A DNA stretch of 64,000 nucleotides from the human T2T-CHM13v2.0 reference genome, Homo sapiens. The stretch lies in assembly GCF_009914755.1 (NCBI RefSeq), contig NC_060931.1. One strand, written 5' to 3'. Both the position numbers and the translations under genes were made by a program. The notes beneath the pieces were generated by a model. It made no database searches, was not told the origin of the DNA, and saw only the letters and a list, made by a program, of their open reading frames with translations. Shown piece after piece: positions 14,501 through 28,710 of the stretch (within the stretch, counting starts at the first letter, position 1; each line of letters opens with the position of its first letter).

Positions 14501-16624
14501 TTCTTCTACCCTCAGACCCCAAATTAAACACCACCCCTGCCTTGCAGCCTGCTCTGATCTCCCCTCCCCTGAGTCAAAAAGTAAATTTCTCCTTCTCCAA
14601 ATTTCCACATCACTTTCTCTCATGTCATAGTTACTGTTCCCTCATATTTTCATGGGAATGTATAAGTTTGTTTGATTTTTCATAACAAAACACACCTAAT
14701 GTAATGACACCTTACATTATACATCCTTGTATTAGCCATATAGTCATTGATTTAAACTATTTATTGAGCACCGGTGATGGGGACGCAGTAATGAAAAGAT
14801 GGGCTTGTCTTTACTTTCTCACACTTACAGTATTGATAAAATAGCATGGAACACTATTGATAAACAAATAAGTAACACATAGTTTATTAATTGAAATTAG
14901 GATGAATACTAAAAATATATAAAGTATACAGCACTGTATGGAGATATAGAGGGCAGATATATAAGATAATATTGTTTTAATACCCAAAATACCCTTTCAA
15001 AACAGAAGTGTATTCACTCTGGCTTAACAGTACTTGCTTATTTAATAGAAACTATTTTCCTTTATTTATAGCATGGTCTGGCTGTTATGAGTAAAGACAA
15101 TGATATCTGAGGTACGGAATAGGAAACTAAATTTCCAGTCATCAGCAACCAAAACTGACTGGTTTTGCTGCCAAACTAAGGAAGAAGTATTGTTTTTTTC
15201 TTCCTTGTTTTTTTACTCTAGAGTAGCTATTTTTTGCTTTTACCAGTTGCATGGATCCATCAGTCGAGGCCAGTAATCTCCAACAAAATAAGAGGAACAA
15301 AACCATTAAGAGGCAAGTGATTCATCACTAAGCCTGATGCCAGCTGTAAGGGAAAAAGCCCTTTCTGACTTGGAGCTAGCGGGCACAATAGCACATTATT
15401 GCCAGAGGAGCTATGAGCTGAAATTTCTGAATGGACTTACCGCTAGTCTCAGCTGGCAGCTTACTACACATGCACAGGCATGTAAAGTCTTCAAACATAC
15501 TTTTTCTCCCCAGAAAGGACACTGTTCCTAGTCTTTCTGTGTTTATTTAAAAACAAGGTTAGACTCTCATTTTTCTTTGCTCCCACTGAATTAATGCTTC
15601 ATACTGCCAGAGTATAAAATTACCTTCTACCCTTTTTTAAACAAGAGCTTTCTTTTTCTCACACACAAGGTACTATATGTATTTTGGCACCTTTGATTGT
15701 CAGTAGAGGAACACTGAAAATCACAAATTGCAGGCAGTTAGTGATCATGTAAATGAAAGGAAGAGAGCCACCACCACAGCCACTTGCATAATGTGGCATG
15801 TGGATGAAAGAAGAACCCCTAGGACAGAAGGCAACGGTCCAGGTGAAGACTGCCTCCCTGGGAATGAAATCGCCTAACAGAATTACCCAGACAAACGTTA
15901 CTAAGGAGAACTAGTTATCGTATGGCCTTGAATTGAAAGGAAAATTCAGTGAACTCATAAAAGCCATTGTTGCTGTGTCCTATAATTAAATGTTGTTTAC
16001 ACATCCTTAAGGACTATGAAAGATCGATAGGGCATATGGGAAATTTTCCATAGTGAGCCATAAATGTTGCCCCTGATACAAGGCGTTTAGTTTATAAAGG
16101 GTGGGGAGGGGTGGAAAAATAAAATATGCCTTGCCATGTATTTTTCCCTTTTTCCTGGGAAAAATAAATAATTTTTGTGGCAAGTATATTGGAGACATTG
16201 TTTATGAACAGTTCCTCTTCACATAAAGGTTACCTCTGTAAAGCTGCCAAGGTCGGCGCCCTGACGGGTTATCTGCCAAGTAAGTGCCAGTTGTGGAATC
16301 TACACCGTGGCAGGCGTGGAGGCAGGCTTCGCTCTCCCACCCTCCTTCTGAATCATCGTTCTTTGCTTCTTTGTACCAGAGTTGTCACTTTTCCCACTCT
16401 GTGCCCTTCCTTCTCATTGGTGGGATCTCTTCTCTTACATATGAGCTGAATGTTCCGTTGTTTGCCAGGAAGACAGACTTGCTGAATGCTGATTTCATGG
16501 AAGTCACACAAGAGAGGCAAACAGTACTTTTCCAAGTAATCTGCATAAAAAGTAACCTTACAAGGCATAAAGTGCTCAACTTGGCCCATGATGCATTTGT
16601 GAATTTTTAAAATGGATGATTGTT

Positions 16625-16770
16625 ACATATATGTGTGTGCATTTGTATGTGTCTGTATGTATGTGATACGTATATGTATGTGCAATACAATATACTATAT
16701 ATACACAAAAGCATATATACGTGGATTTTTTTCCCTTAATATATACACATATACATATATACGTATATGT
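16625..16770 (+). repeat. (TA/TG/CA) low-complexity tract
   Basis: Direct read. Confidence 0.85.
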
Positions 16771-18310
16771 TTTTGTTTCCTTTTTTTGTTGGGCATTTTA
16801 AGTGGTTCTCTTTTCTTATCCAATAACTTTTTTCTCTTTTTAAAAGCACCACAAGAAAAGTACTACTGTAAACTAGCTGTTCAATTTCTTTAACCTCATC
16901 TCTAGTGTATTCAGACCACCTAATATCCACTCTCTAGGGTCTGATATGATGGAAAGGTGTATTTGAATTCTTGTATTTTGACATATAAAGCAAAAAGGGG
17001 TTATTCAGAAGAAGGCTGTTTTATTCAAAGATATTTTCCTAGTATACAAGCTATCCTCATAGTCATTTCAATTTTGCATTACTTTCTGCAGTAAAATGTT
17101 TAGCATATGTCATATTTAACTATAACCCTTGTGGCATTCATTGAAATAATTTTTATGTTGATGTTTTATAGGAATTAAAGAGAAGTTAAGTAATTACTTG
17201 TAGTAGGCTGTGTCTTTTTTTAACTCTAAACAGCTCCCTCAAGTGAACTGTCACTCACCTGTACATCTATCATTAAGGCGTATGTGCCTTGATAAACCCA
17301 TAGGGCAAGCACCACTTGATGGTAATGACTTGTTTTTTTAGGCAGTGAGAAAGATTTCACAGTTGTATTTTGAATAATACAATGCTCATAGGTACAATTC
17401 TTCAAAACCCTAGAAAGCACAGAGATTGTTCATAATGAAAAGCATCCCTTTTTAAACCTTAATATCAATTAATCTTCTATATTGTGCAAACACACAAACT
17501 TGTCTAATTTTTTACTAATGTTGCACATCTTAATGAAGAAGTAAAGTCACCAAAATTTGTTTTATTTAATAGATTGTATGCTTCCATACTTTTGACACTT
17601 ACCAAAAAAACAAAATCACAGAGGCAGCTAGCATCACAAAAGGGAGAAGCATATTTGCTGAAAAATTCGGTAACCAGCTGATAATAAGGTGCAAAGTGTG
17701 ACCAGGACAACCATTGAGAAATGAAATATCTATATTCATAATGTGATTACACTATAGACTGTTTTATATATGATTACTCATTTTTTCCTACTGCTTTCAT
17801 TAATGAAACCAGTAGACGTAATCAAAATTAAATCTGATAGGAAGTCAGATAACTCAGAATTTGTAATGGGAAATAAATGTGAATTCATCTGTTCAGTTCA
17901 GCTCAGATCTACAAACAACTTAGAGCTGTTTGGCACTCTGTTCTCAATTTTGGCAGAGATTTGAAAGATTGAATGGAGATGAATTCTTAATGGCTTCCTA
18001 ACATTTTGGTGGGGGCTTTTTCCAGAAAGAGATTGAGACACAAGAATTACAAGAACAGAATGAGAGAATTGGGTACTTTGGGGCTTCTCCCTGTCAGGAT
18101 GGAGACATAGGAAGTCAGTTCTTGGCAGACATGAATCTGCATTAGACTTAGATGAAAGCAAAAGCATTGCCAATAGAAATTCTTTTTTCTTTCTTGGATT
18201 TCAGCTTTTATTGTAGATACAGAGAGTACATGTGCATATTTGTTACATGAGAATATTGCACGATGCTGAGGTTTGGAGTACGGATCCTGTCACCCTGGTA
18301 GCGAACATAG

Positions 18311-18636
<326 letters not shown>

Positions 18637-19659
18637 GATAGGTTGTTTTTTAACCCACCTCCCTCCTCTACCCTCTAGTAGTCCACAGTGTCTATTGTTT
18701 TCTTATTTATGTCCATGTGTACTCAATGCCTAGCTCCCATTTATAAGTAAGAACATATGGTAATTGGTTTTCTGTTCCTGCATTAATTTGTTTAGGATTA
18801 TGGCCTCCAGCTCCATGCATATTGCTGCAAAGGACATGATTTTACTTTTTTATGGTTGCATAGTAGTCCATGGTATATTTGTACCACATTTCTTTATCCA
18901 ATCAACAGTTGATGGGCACCTGGGTTGATTCCATGTCTTTGCTATTGTGAATCATGCTGTGATTAACATATAAGTGCCTATGTCTTTTTGGTAGAATAAT
19001 TTATTTTCTTTTGGGTATATACCCAGTAATGGGATTAATGGATTGAATGATAGCTCTGTTTTAAGTTCTTTGAAAAATTGCCAGAATACTTTCCACAATG
19101 GCTGAGCTAATTTACATTGTAACCAGCAGCGGATAAGCATTCCCTTTTCCCCGCAGCCTTGCCAGCATCTGTTGTTTTTTGACTTTTTAGAAATAGCTAT
19201 TCTGATTGTTACGAGTTGATATCTCATCATGGTTTTGATCTGCATTTCTCTGATGATTATTGATTCTAAGCATTTTTTTCATCTTTGTTGACCACTTGAA
19301 TGTTCATGTCCTTTACCCATTTTTTAATGGGATTATTTGTGTTTTGTTGATTGATTTGTTTAAGTTCCCTATAGATTCTGGATACCAGGTCTTTGTCGGA
19401 TGAATGGTTTGTGAATATCTTCTCCCATTCTGTAGGCTGTCTGTTTGCTCTGCTGATAGTTTCTTTTGCTGTGCATAAGACCTTTAGTCTAATTAGGTTC
19501 CACTTGTCTATTTTTGGTTTTGTTGCCGTTGCTTTTGGAGACTTAGACAAAAATTCCTTGCCAAGGCTGATGTCAAAAAGAGTATTTTCTAGGTTTTCTT
19601 CCAGGATTTTTATAGTTTGAGGTCTTACACTTAAATCTTTAATCTATTTTGAGTTAATT

Positions 19660-19694
19660 TATATATATATATACATATATATACACATATATAT

Positions 19695-19728
<34 letters not shown>
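19660..19728 (+). repeat. (TA)n/(CA)n microsatellite within L1
   Basis: Direct read. Confidence 0.93.
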
Positions 19729-20876
19729 CAAAAGGTAGGGGTCCAGCTTCTTTTTTCTGCATATGGCTAGCCAGTTATTCCAGCAAAATTTATTGAATAG
19801 TCTTTTCCTCATTGCTTGTTTTTGACAACCTTGTCAAAGATCAGATGGTTGTAGGTGTGCAGCTTTATTTCTGAGTTTTCTATTATGTTCCATTGGTCCA
19901 CGTGTCTGTTTTTGTACCAGTACCAAGCTGTTTTGATTACTGTGGCTTTATGGTATAGTTTGAAGTTAGGTGGTGTGATGCCTCTGGTTTTGTTCTTTTT
20001 ACTTAAGATTGCTTTACCTATTCAGGCTCTTTTTTGGTTCCATATGAATTTTAGAATAGTTTTTTTTTTTTTTTCTAATTCTGTGAGAACGACATTGGTA
20101 GCTTGCTAGAAATAGCATTGAATCTGTACATTGCTTTGTACATCATACCATTTTAATAATACTGATTTTTCCTATCCATGAGCATGGAATGTTTTTTCAT
20201 GTTTGTGCCACCTCTGATTTCTTTCAGCAGTTGTTTTGTGGCTCTCCTTGTAGAGATCTTTTATCTCCTTAGTTAGCTGTATTCCTAGGTATTTCATTTT
20301 CTTTGAGGGTATTGTAAGTGGGATTGTGTTCTTGATTTCATTGTCAGCCTGGAAGTTATTGATGTATAGAAATGCTACTGATTTTTGCACGTTAATTTTG
20401 TATCTTGAAACTTTGCTAAAGTTGTTTATAAATTTTAAGAGCCATTTCTTTTGAACAAAGGGCATTTTTGGGGGGAGCATCTTCTGAGACTGCTTTACAT
20501 ATTTAAGGATATATTTTCCTGAGTCTTCTTAGGCTAAGATATATTTTTTTTCTTTCTGATCAATTTCAAATGGAAATCACATTGACATGTTATGGTATTT
20601 AATGCTATGCTATGAATCTTTAGGTGGTAACTTTTTTTTAATTTTAAAAAGGTAAAATATCATGTGCTAGATGAAACATCCCCTGCCCAGTTTGTATATT
20701 TTGGAAAGTTATTTTAAAATAAGAATCAGTACAAATCATAAATTCTATAATGAGAATATCTTTCCTTGTGTAACCACATTTTTCCTTTAATCAGTTTAGT
20801 TCTATTCTCCCCCAAGTCTCTATGCCAGTGCATTCTCTTGTTGCTTCTTCCAAATCCAGCTGCAGCTGTCTTTATC

Positions 20877-21198
20877 TGTGCTGTCCAATATGGAAATCAC
20901 TAGCAACAGGAGGCTATTGAGCACCTCAAATGTGACTAGTCTGAGTTGACTTGTGATATGAATATAAAACACACTAAATTTGAAGAGGCAATATGTAAAC
21001 ATAATGAAAACATCTCAATAAGATTTTTAAATTGATTACATGTTGAAATGATAATATTTTAAATAAGTTGTATTAAACTAAATATACTAAATATACTTTT
21101 AGAATAAACTTTACCTGTGTATTTTTAAAAATGTGGCTACTAGAAAATTTGAAATTACACACGAGTAGCTCATGTAATGTATCTATTAGACAGTGCTA
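20877..21198. mobile_element. MER33-like hAT-Charlie MITE
   Basis: TGTGCTGTCCAATATGG...GGCTATTGAGCACCTCAAATGTGACTAGT...AATGTGGCTACTAGAAAATTTGAAATTAC...CTATTAGACAGTGCT (terminal inverted ends). Confidence 0.85.
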
Positions 21199-22589
21199 CC
21201 CTATATAGCTAGCAGTCAATATAGTTGCAAATACAGTTTGTATGTTTTATGCAGTCCACAGAGGTTCTTTCACCTGGGAGAAAGTGTGAGGATCATATTA
21301 GACAGAGTTGCTTGACCACCAAACTGTGGCCCTAATGTCAATAGTAGATGCCCAGAGATGGTGAGTAATTAGCTCCTATTCACACAGCCTGTGACAAAAG
21401 AAGGTATGTCTGACTCCAAAATAGATGCTTTTAACCATGTAACTGCACTGCCTTTCAGTGCATGAATTATGTACAACAAAGCCAGATGGCACATGGATTC
21501 TAAATTTGCAAAACATTTCATCTGCCTAGTAAAAAGTGTGAACAAGAAGAGAAGGCATGATTAGTCACCCTTTAATATAAAAACGTTGAACTGCACTAGA
21601 GGTGCCCTTTTTCTCAAACATAGAACAAGAACCTTGACAAAAATATGTAGCTCAAATAAACATTGAGTTTTAACAGAATAATAAATCTATGAACCAAAAG
21701 AATATAATGCAGTTTAAAAACATGAAACTACAGATAAGTTACTGATTTAAAAATTTGTCTTTTCTTTCTATTATCAAAAACTTTGAAAAGTATTTATTTC
21801 CGTCTGTATGCTTCTAAAATATTTATGTTTATCCACAAATACTATTGTGTAAATTTCATACAGTTTTGTCTTCAAATGTGTCTTTTATGTCTGCCTGTTT
21901 TGTCTTTGAGAATTTCTACAAAAATTGACATAGACTGCATTATTTTTTTTCCTTTTAGCCATGGAGTCCATCTGTTGTCATTTATAAAGTCAGGGGCAAT
22001 TAACAGAAAGCTCTAGGATGAAACTTTATTGGAACTAGGGGGGACTGTTTTGATTATTCCTTGAATATTTTGCTCTTTTGAACAAATATACCTGGCTTAA
22101 TATAAATTAGCAGCTGGTCAGTGCATGACACAATAAAATCATAACATATTCCGCCCACAAACGAACAGATTGCATTTTAGATAGCGAAAAAGGCACTCAG
22201 ACTTACTAATTAACTTTTTAATGTCAGAAAAAAAATTAGCATCTTTTGTAAAGGCTGCATTAAATGTGCTTTTAAAGTAAATAAAATTAAAATTGATTTA
22301 TATATTCTAATAGAGATACTTATTTTTCTATATTGAAGAGAAAGTTCCTTCTGGAGTCTAAATTGTTTTCAATGTTTTTGTGTATGTTGTCTTCATTCTC
22401 CATCGTTCAATCCTCTGCCACTAAATTATACTGCCTTTAATATATAGGCCATTTTATACATACATATTATATATGTATAAATTTTTATATTCTCTAAGAA
22501 TCAATACATGAGCAACCATAAAAATGCTTCCTAGGAATGTATGACTGAATGCATATGTGAATAAATGATTGAAACAAATGACATAAACA

Positions 22590-24327
22590 ATAAGGAGTCC
22601 TTGTTTTGCATGTGCTTGGAGATTATTCCATGTCAAGTCACAAAAGCTATACAGTATTACCTTATGTGAATCAAAGCTATTATTTATAGAATCCATTCTT
22701 TATTGTTAAGTATTATGGTGGTTTCTAAACTTTGGCGTTGCAAACCATTCTGCGATGTGTAATTTGCGAATATAACTTCTCACTTATAAAAGCAAACCTA
22801 CATGATAAATATCTACACGCAGAATAACTTGCCAAAGAGTTGACGTGTTTCTAAGTGTGTGAACTATCAATTTTTTCTCCTATCATCAAGGTATGAGAGT
22901 GGCTATTTTCCAGTTGCCTAACACACTGAATGTGTTTTCTAACTTGATCTTTGCCAATCAGTTAGGTCAAACAATGATACCTCAGTGTCGTTTTACTTTG
23001 TAGTTCTTTTGTACTGAGTAAAGTTGATAACCTTTTTTATGTTTAAAAGCCATTTGTATTTCCTATTCTGTTACCTGGCTGGTCATATGTTCATTCTGTC
23101 AATTCTTTGCTCACACTGATGAAGGTAAAATTTTGTTGTGGCACAGAAAATAAGTGGGTAGAGAACTTTTATCTGTGATGCGAATTGCAAATATTGTTTT
23201 TCCTTTTGTCATTTGTCTTTTTACTTTGCCAATGGTCTTTTTCACATGGAAAAAAATTCTATGCTTTCCTTTTGTATCTTGTTTTGTGTTGTATTTAGAA
23301 AGACTATCCTCAGTACGAAATTATGTTTACAATTTTCTCCTAAGGTTTTTAGAGTATGCTAATGGTTTTATTTTTTTAAATATTTAGTTATCTTGAAATT
23401 TACCCTGATGTAAGGTATGGATTCAAGACTTCTTGTTCTGTTTTTGTTTGTTTGTTTGTTTTTCAGATGAGTATCCAGTTGTCACAACACCATTTGAACA
23501 ATAATTCATCTTTTTAATCTACCATTTAAGATGACATATTTATCACACAAGTTCCCATTTGGGTTCTTCATTGTATGGTTCCTAGTTCAACCTTGCCTCT
23601 AATTCTTGGAAAAAATTCAGATCAAAGGAATGTCATGAAAACAGTTTGTATAGTGTATTTCAGTTGTTGCAGACAAAGGGTTTAGAACAGGTTTGCCATT
23701 CACCATTTTCTGAGGTTGGCAGATGTGGGGTCCACTCTGTTTCTACCCCTGTTTTGACTCTAATGCTTTGCCAGTGCCTTCACCACTTTCGGGATTTAGG
23801 GGGTTTGTTGCTGCTTAATTTTCCAAAACTCCCTGGTATCTGTAATTTTCATTTTTTATTTTCTTTGTTGCTTTTGAATGGTTTATAGGCAGAGAAAAAG
23901 AGAAATACCTGAACTTACCTGGCCATCTTTAAAAGTATATTTAACTTTCTATGTCTTTATGTGTATCTTCTGTAGGCAACATATAACCCAACAGTTTCTC
24001 TTAACTCTGTGTGTGGAGATAAAGGGAAGGTTAGTCTACTTACGTTTATTGGGAATACTGATACTGATACATTTAACCTTAATTTGTTTCCTGTCTTCTT
24101 GCCTTCTAGTGTCATTTTTTATTGTATTTTTTCCTCCTGTACAGACTTGAGTGTTATGTACTCTGTTTTTGTTATTAACGGGTATTCTTTAAAAATGCCA
24201 TGCATATTTAGTTTAATAAGATCAAAGTTAATCAGTGCCTATCTTCTTTTTAACACACACTTAATACATAGGGTTTAACTTCTATAGCACGTTCCTATGT
24301 AATGTAACACCTGTTTCCAGTAACACG

Positions 24328-24408
<81 letters not shown>

Positions 24409-25600
24409 ACAAGTTGTCTACTAATCCCACAAGTTAGAAATTATTATGGTTTATCACTTGATGCTAACCAACATGTTTTTCATTTCTTAACTTTTAGTTT
24501 CTATTTGGATCTTAAATTTTCTTTAGTCTGAGCTCAATTTATTTTGTCTTCTATCTGTAATATTTCCTCATAAGAATGTATACTTACAATAAACTGCCTT
24601 TGTTTGTTGGAATTGCTCAGTCTTGAGAGTGAGTTTGCTGAGTAAACAATTCCTGATTGTAGTTATTTTCTCTAAGTTCTATTAAGATAACACTGTAACG
24701 TATTCTGGCTTTTATTTTTGCTTTTGAAACACCTTCAGTGAATCCAGCTGACAGTACGTTATAGGTAATGTGTCTTTCTTCTCTGGTTGTTTCTACTATC
24801 TTCTCTTTATCTTTGGAGTTTTGCTGTTTGCTAAACGTGTGTAGACTTGGATTTGTTTTTATTTATCCTTACAGGATTTGGGATGCTTTCTGAATCTGAC
24901 AATCTTAATTCTTGGGATTCTCAGCCACTCTTAAAATATTATTTCTTCCCATGTTTGCATTTCTATTCTTCTGAAACTCGGAGTAGATGTGTGCAACTTT
25001 TTCTCATTATAGCCTCCATGTGTTCTAACATGTCTTCTATTTTCCTTCTCTTTGTGTCTCTTTGCTGAATCTAAATAAATTTCTTTAAATCTATCCTTCA
25101 GTTTCAGGGATTTTTTTCTGAATATCCTGGTTTGTTCTTCAGATTTGTTTTGTTATTTTAAATCTTATTACTTGTTTATGTTGTGGCTTCATGAACTTTC
25201 CATTCATAAATTATTTTGTAATCTCTTTCTGATCTTGAGACTATCTGAGTCATTGGGGTCTAAATTTGCTAGGTTTCTTCTACCGACTCTTGTTCATAGT
25301 AGCTTATGTCCTCTTGTGTTTTGAAATGATAAATTGTTAGGTCATTTTTCCTCCTGGCCTGCATCTAAGAAAATTGGGTTGGACTGTAGATGAGGATGTA
25401 TTATTTCAATAAAAAGTTCTTGTCAGCCTATCTTTCTCATAACAAATCTTTCATACTTTTCTATCCCTTAACTCTTCGTGTTAGTCACTCAGTAATTTCC
25501 TTATATCTATTTCCCAATTTACTAATTCTTTTTTCAGCTATTTAATCTGCTCTCCAACTACCCACTGAGTTTTTTATATTATATATTATGTTTATGTAAA
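22590..25600 (-). mobile_element. Highly decayed L1M/L1ME (possibly HAL1) antisense fragments
   Basis: T-rich antisense L1 motifs (TTGCAAATATTGTTTTTCC, TCCAGTTGTCACAACACCATTT, TTATAGGTAATGTGTCTTTCTTCTCTGGTTG). Confidence 0.6.
24329..24408 (+). repeat. (TA)n(TG)n(TA)n microsatellite
   Basis: Direct read. Confidence 0.96.
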
Positions 25601-25619
25601 ATATTTATATTATATTATC

Positions 25620-25919
25620 TTCTTGAGAAAGGGTCTTACTCTATTGCCCTGTCTAAAGTGTGGTGGGGGCATGATCATAGCTCACTACAACCTTGAACTC
25701 ATGGCTCACAGGATCCTTCTACTTTAGCCTCCTGAGTAACTAGGACCACAGGCACATGCCACCATGTCAAGCTAGTTTCTTTTATTTTAAAAAATTTTTT
25801 GTATAGATGGAGTCTCACTATGTCATCCACACTGGTCTTAAACTGCTGGCCTCAAGCGATTCTCCCACCTCAGCCTTCCAAAGTGCTGAGATTACAAGCA
25901 CAAACCACTGGACCTGGAC
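25620..25919 (-). mobile_element. AluJ
   Basis: Diverged Alu with J-type features (AGGGTCTT, GATCATAGCTCACT, TCTCACTATGT, GGCCTCAAGCGAT). Confidence 0.9.
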
Positions 25920-27076
25920 TTCTTTATTTTAAATTAAATAACTTATTTTTCATTTAAAGAAATTCATTGATTATGTTTTAAGTACTCCTATTTTCACACT
26001 GCCTACATTTTTTCACACTGCCTATTTTGTTTCTATTGTTTTAAAAATTCCTTTATTGCATTTTAAACAAAATATTAGTACATATTTATTTTATATATAA
26101 ATGCACACACTGGAATTCTTGAAATGTTGCTGTCTCTTTCAATGAGGCAAATTTTACTCTGCAGTTATTTAAGAAATCATGGGAAATAATAAACAATAAT
26201 TGAAGAATTGCCTCTGCTATTACTATGTTGCTTCTACCATTTAAAGTTTTGACAGAAGTTAGAGCAGACAACTGAATTACTTGATAATAATACCTCATTC
26301 TTTCATCAGCTAGATAATATCTGAAATATTTCACCTATATTTTTTGGGCAGTTGCTAATTGTAGGACAGTATGATATTCAACCTTTCATTGATCAGGCTG
26401 GATGTTGTGAGGTATATTGAAATCATGCTTTAATACAGCTTTACCGTTGTTCCAGTGTCTCCGATATCACTTCTTGTGTCAGTACACACTGCTGCAGATT
26501 CTAATTGCATTCCCTTATTATCTTTACAGATATTAGGAATGAGGTATTTAGCTTCATGCATGGCACTACAAAGTAATGCAAATATAAAGAAATTCTCTTC
26601 CCCCCAACTGATGAATAGTTATTCCTCCTTTTACCTGAAGTTTTAAAAATTACATCTACCTGGTCTGAGACACTTGGATCATTTTTGTGTAATGAAATCT
26701 GGACAGTTTCTACAACAGGTCTGTTTTATTTTCTAGATGCTGGAGGCTTTTGAGTTATTTTTTCATTTCCTGTTATAGCTTCTCCTTTACTCCTGAGACT
26801 TGTTGAATGGCCTCCATTAAATTTTTATTGGTGTCCTTGATAATTTAATATTGGGCTGTATTACAGCTACTTCGTTTTTGATGTCAGCTATTTTAAATTA
26901 GTGCCACCATCTTGATCTCTAATTCTCATGAATTCTGTCAACAAATGATAATCTATTTTATAGTCCTCAATATTATTTTTGGTAAATAATAACATTCCTA
27001 CTCTGCAAAGGCATGTGAAATTGGAACCCCTGGTTCTATTAATTCTAAACGTCCACTATTGATCTATGCTATAAAC

Positions 27077-27282
27077 TTGCATTGTCCAATAATGTAGTCA
27101 TTAGTCACATGTGGCTATTTAAATTCAAATTTAACCAGAATAAATTAAATTAAAAATTCAATTTCTCAGGTACGCTAGCCACATTTTAAGGGCTCAAGAG
27201 CCATGTGTGGCTGATGACTACCATATGGGACAATGCAGGTATAGAGTGTTTTCATCACTGCAGAGAGTGTTATTGAATAGAT
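27077..27282. mobile_element. MER3 hAT-Charlie MITE
   Basis: GCATTGTCCAATA..GTAGTCATTAGTCACATGTGGCTATTTAAATT...CTAGCCACATTT...TTTTCATCACTGCAGAGAGTGTTATTGAATAG. Confidence 0.88.
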
Positions 27283-28001
27283 AAGACCCATTCGATTCAA
27301 GGATCTCAACTGCAACTCTCAGAGTGAAAGCAAAATATTTGTAAATAATACTTCAAAAAGCTTAATCAGTCAGATCATCATGCCCAGGTTCTCTTCTATT
27401 TAAACATATGACCTAGTCAATTTTATTAGTTGTGTAAGTAGGAAACAGTGCAATATAAACTTTGTATCTTGTTCCATTTATTGCTTTTGTAATAAAATCA
27501 GACTTCAGAGTGAATTCTAATGAATCAGGTGTGATCATACAAAGTACTAGCTATTGTCTTTTTTAAAGCAGTGTTGATCCAATGAAGAGTTTGAAATATG
27601 TCAGCCTTACAATACATTCCTAAATGAAGTCATATCTAAACTATCGTACCTTTGTAGTCATTCAAAATAATACTTTTTAAAGCCTCTTTTAAAGTGGTAT
27701 TGAAAGATTCTATTAATATGGAATAATCTCTAGAAATTTTTCATTTAGTACCACTACATTATCCAACATCATCTTGTTAATAACTTTATCTCTAGAAATT
27801 TTTACATGTTAAAAATTAAAACTGAATAATCTTTCCAAAGCCAATGTGTGACTGTATTTCACAATCTCTTATAAAGAAGAAAGTGATGTCGAACTTGTCT
27901 GCTTGGTAACACCAATTTCTTTTACTCATTGCTGTATGGTATGAACTATTTGTTCAGTAAACCTCACTCCCAGATTAATGTTGTGGCAGAAATCCTGATG
28001 T

Positions 28002-28089
28002 TATATATATATATATATGTGTATGTATATATATATATATGTGTGTGTGTATATATATATATATGTATATATATAATTTTTTTTTTTTT
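28002..28089 (+). repeat. (TA)n/(TG)n tract plus poly(T)
   Basis: Direct read. Confidence 0.93.
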
Positions 28090-28381
28090 GCAGGCATTGT
28101 AATATCACAGTCTGACTTTTTGGATGCTTCAGCATCCACCAAGTTTAAAGTATGAGATGACATTTTTTGCACGTATATTGTGTTAAGACATTTTCCTTTA
28201 GTCATTCCTAATTGTATTGCCCCAACAATGCCCATTCCAAGAAATACCTCCTATAAAGGGGTTACAGAAGCTCCATTGTTTGCTAGGACATCAGTTCGTT
28301 AACACCATCTACTGCAAACAAAAATTACAAAGGAACTGTGTATCTTAGAACTAGTCAGCTGGAAAGAGATGTTTTGACTGA

Positions 28382-28710
<329 letters not shown>

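Noticed and set aside
18952-20480. ORFs with clear L1 ORF2 similarity
   Set aside because: Broken fragments of a 5'-truncated dead L1; annotated as a mobile element, not genes
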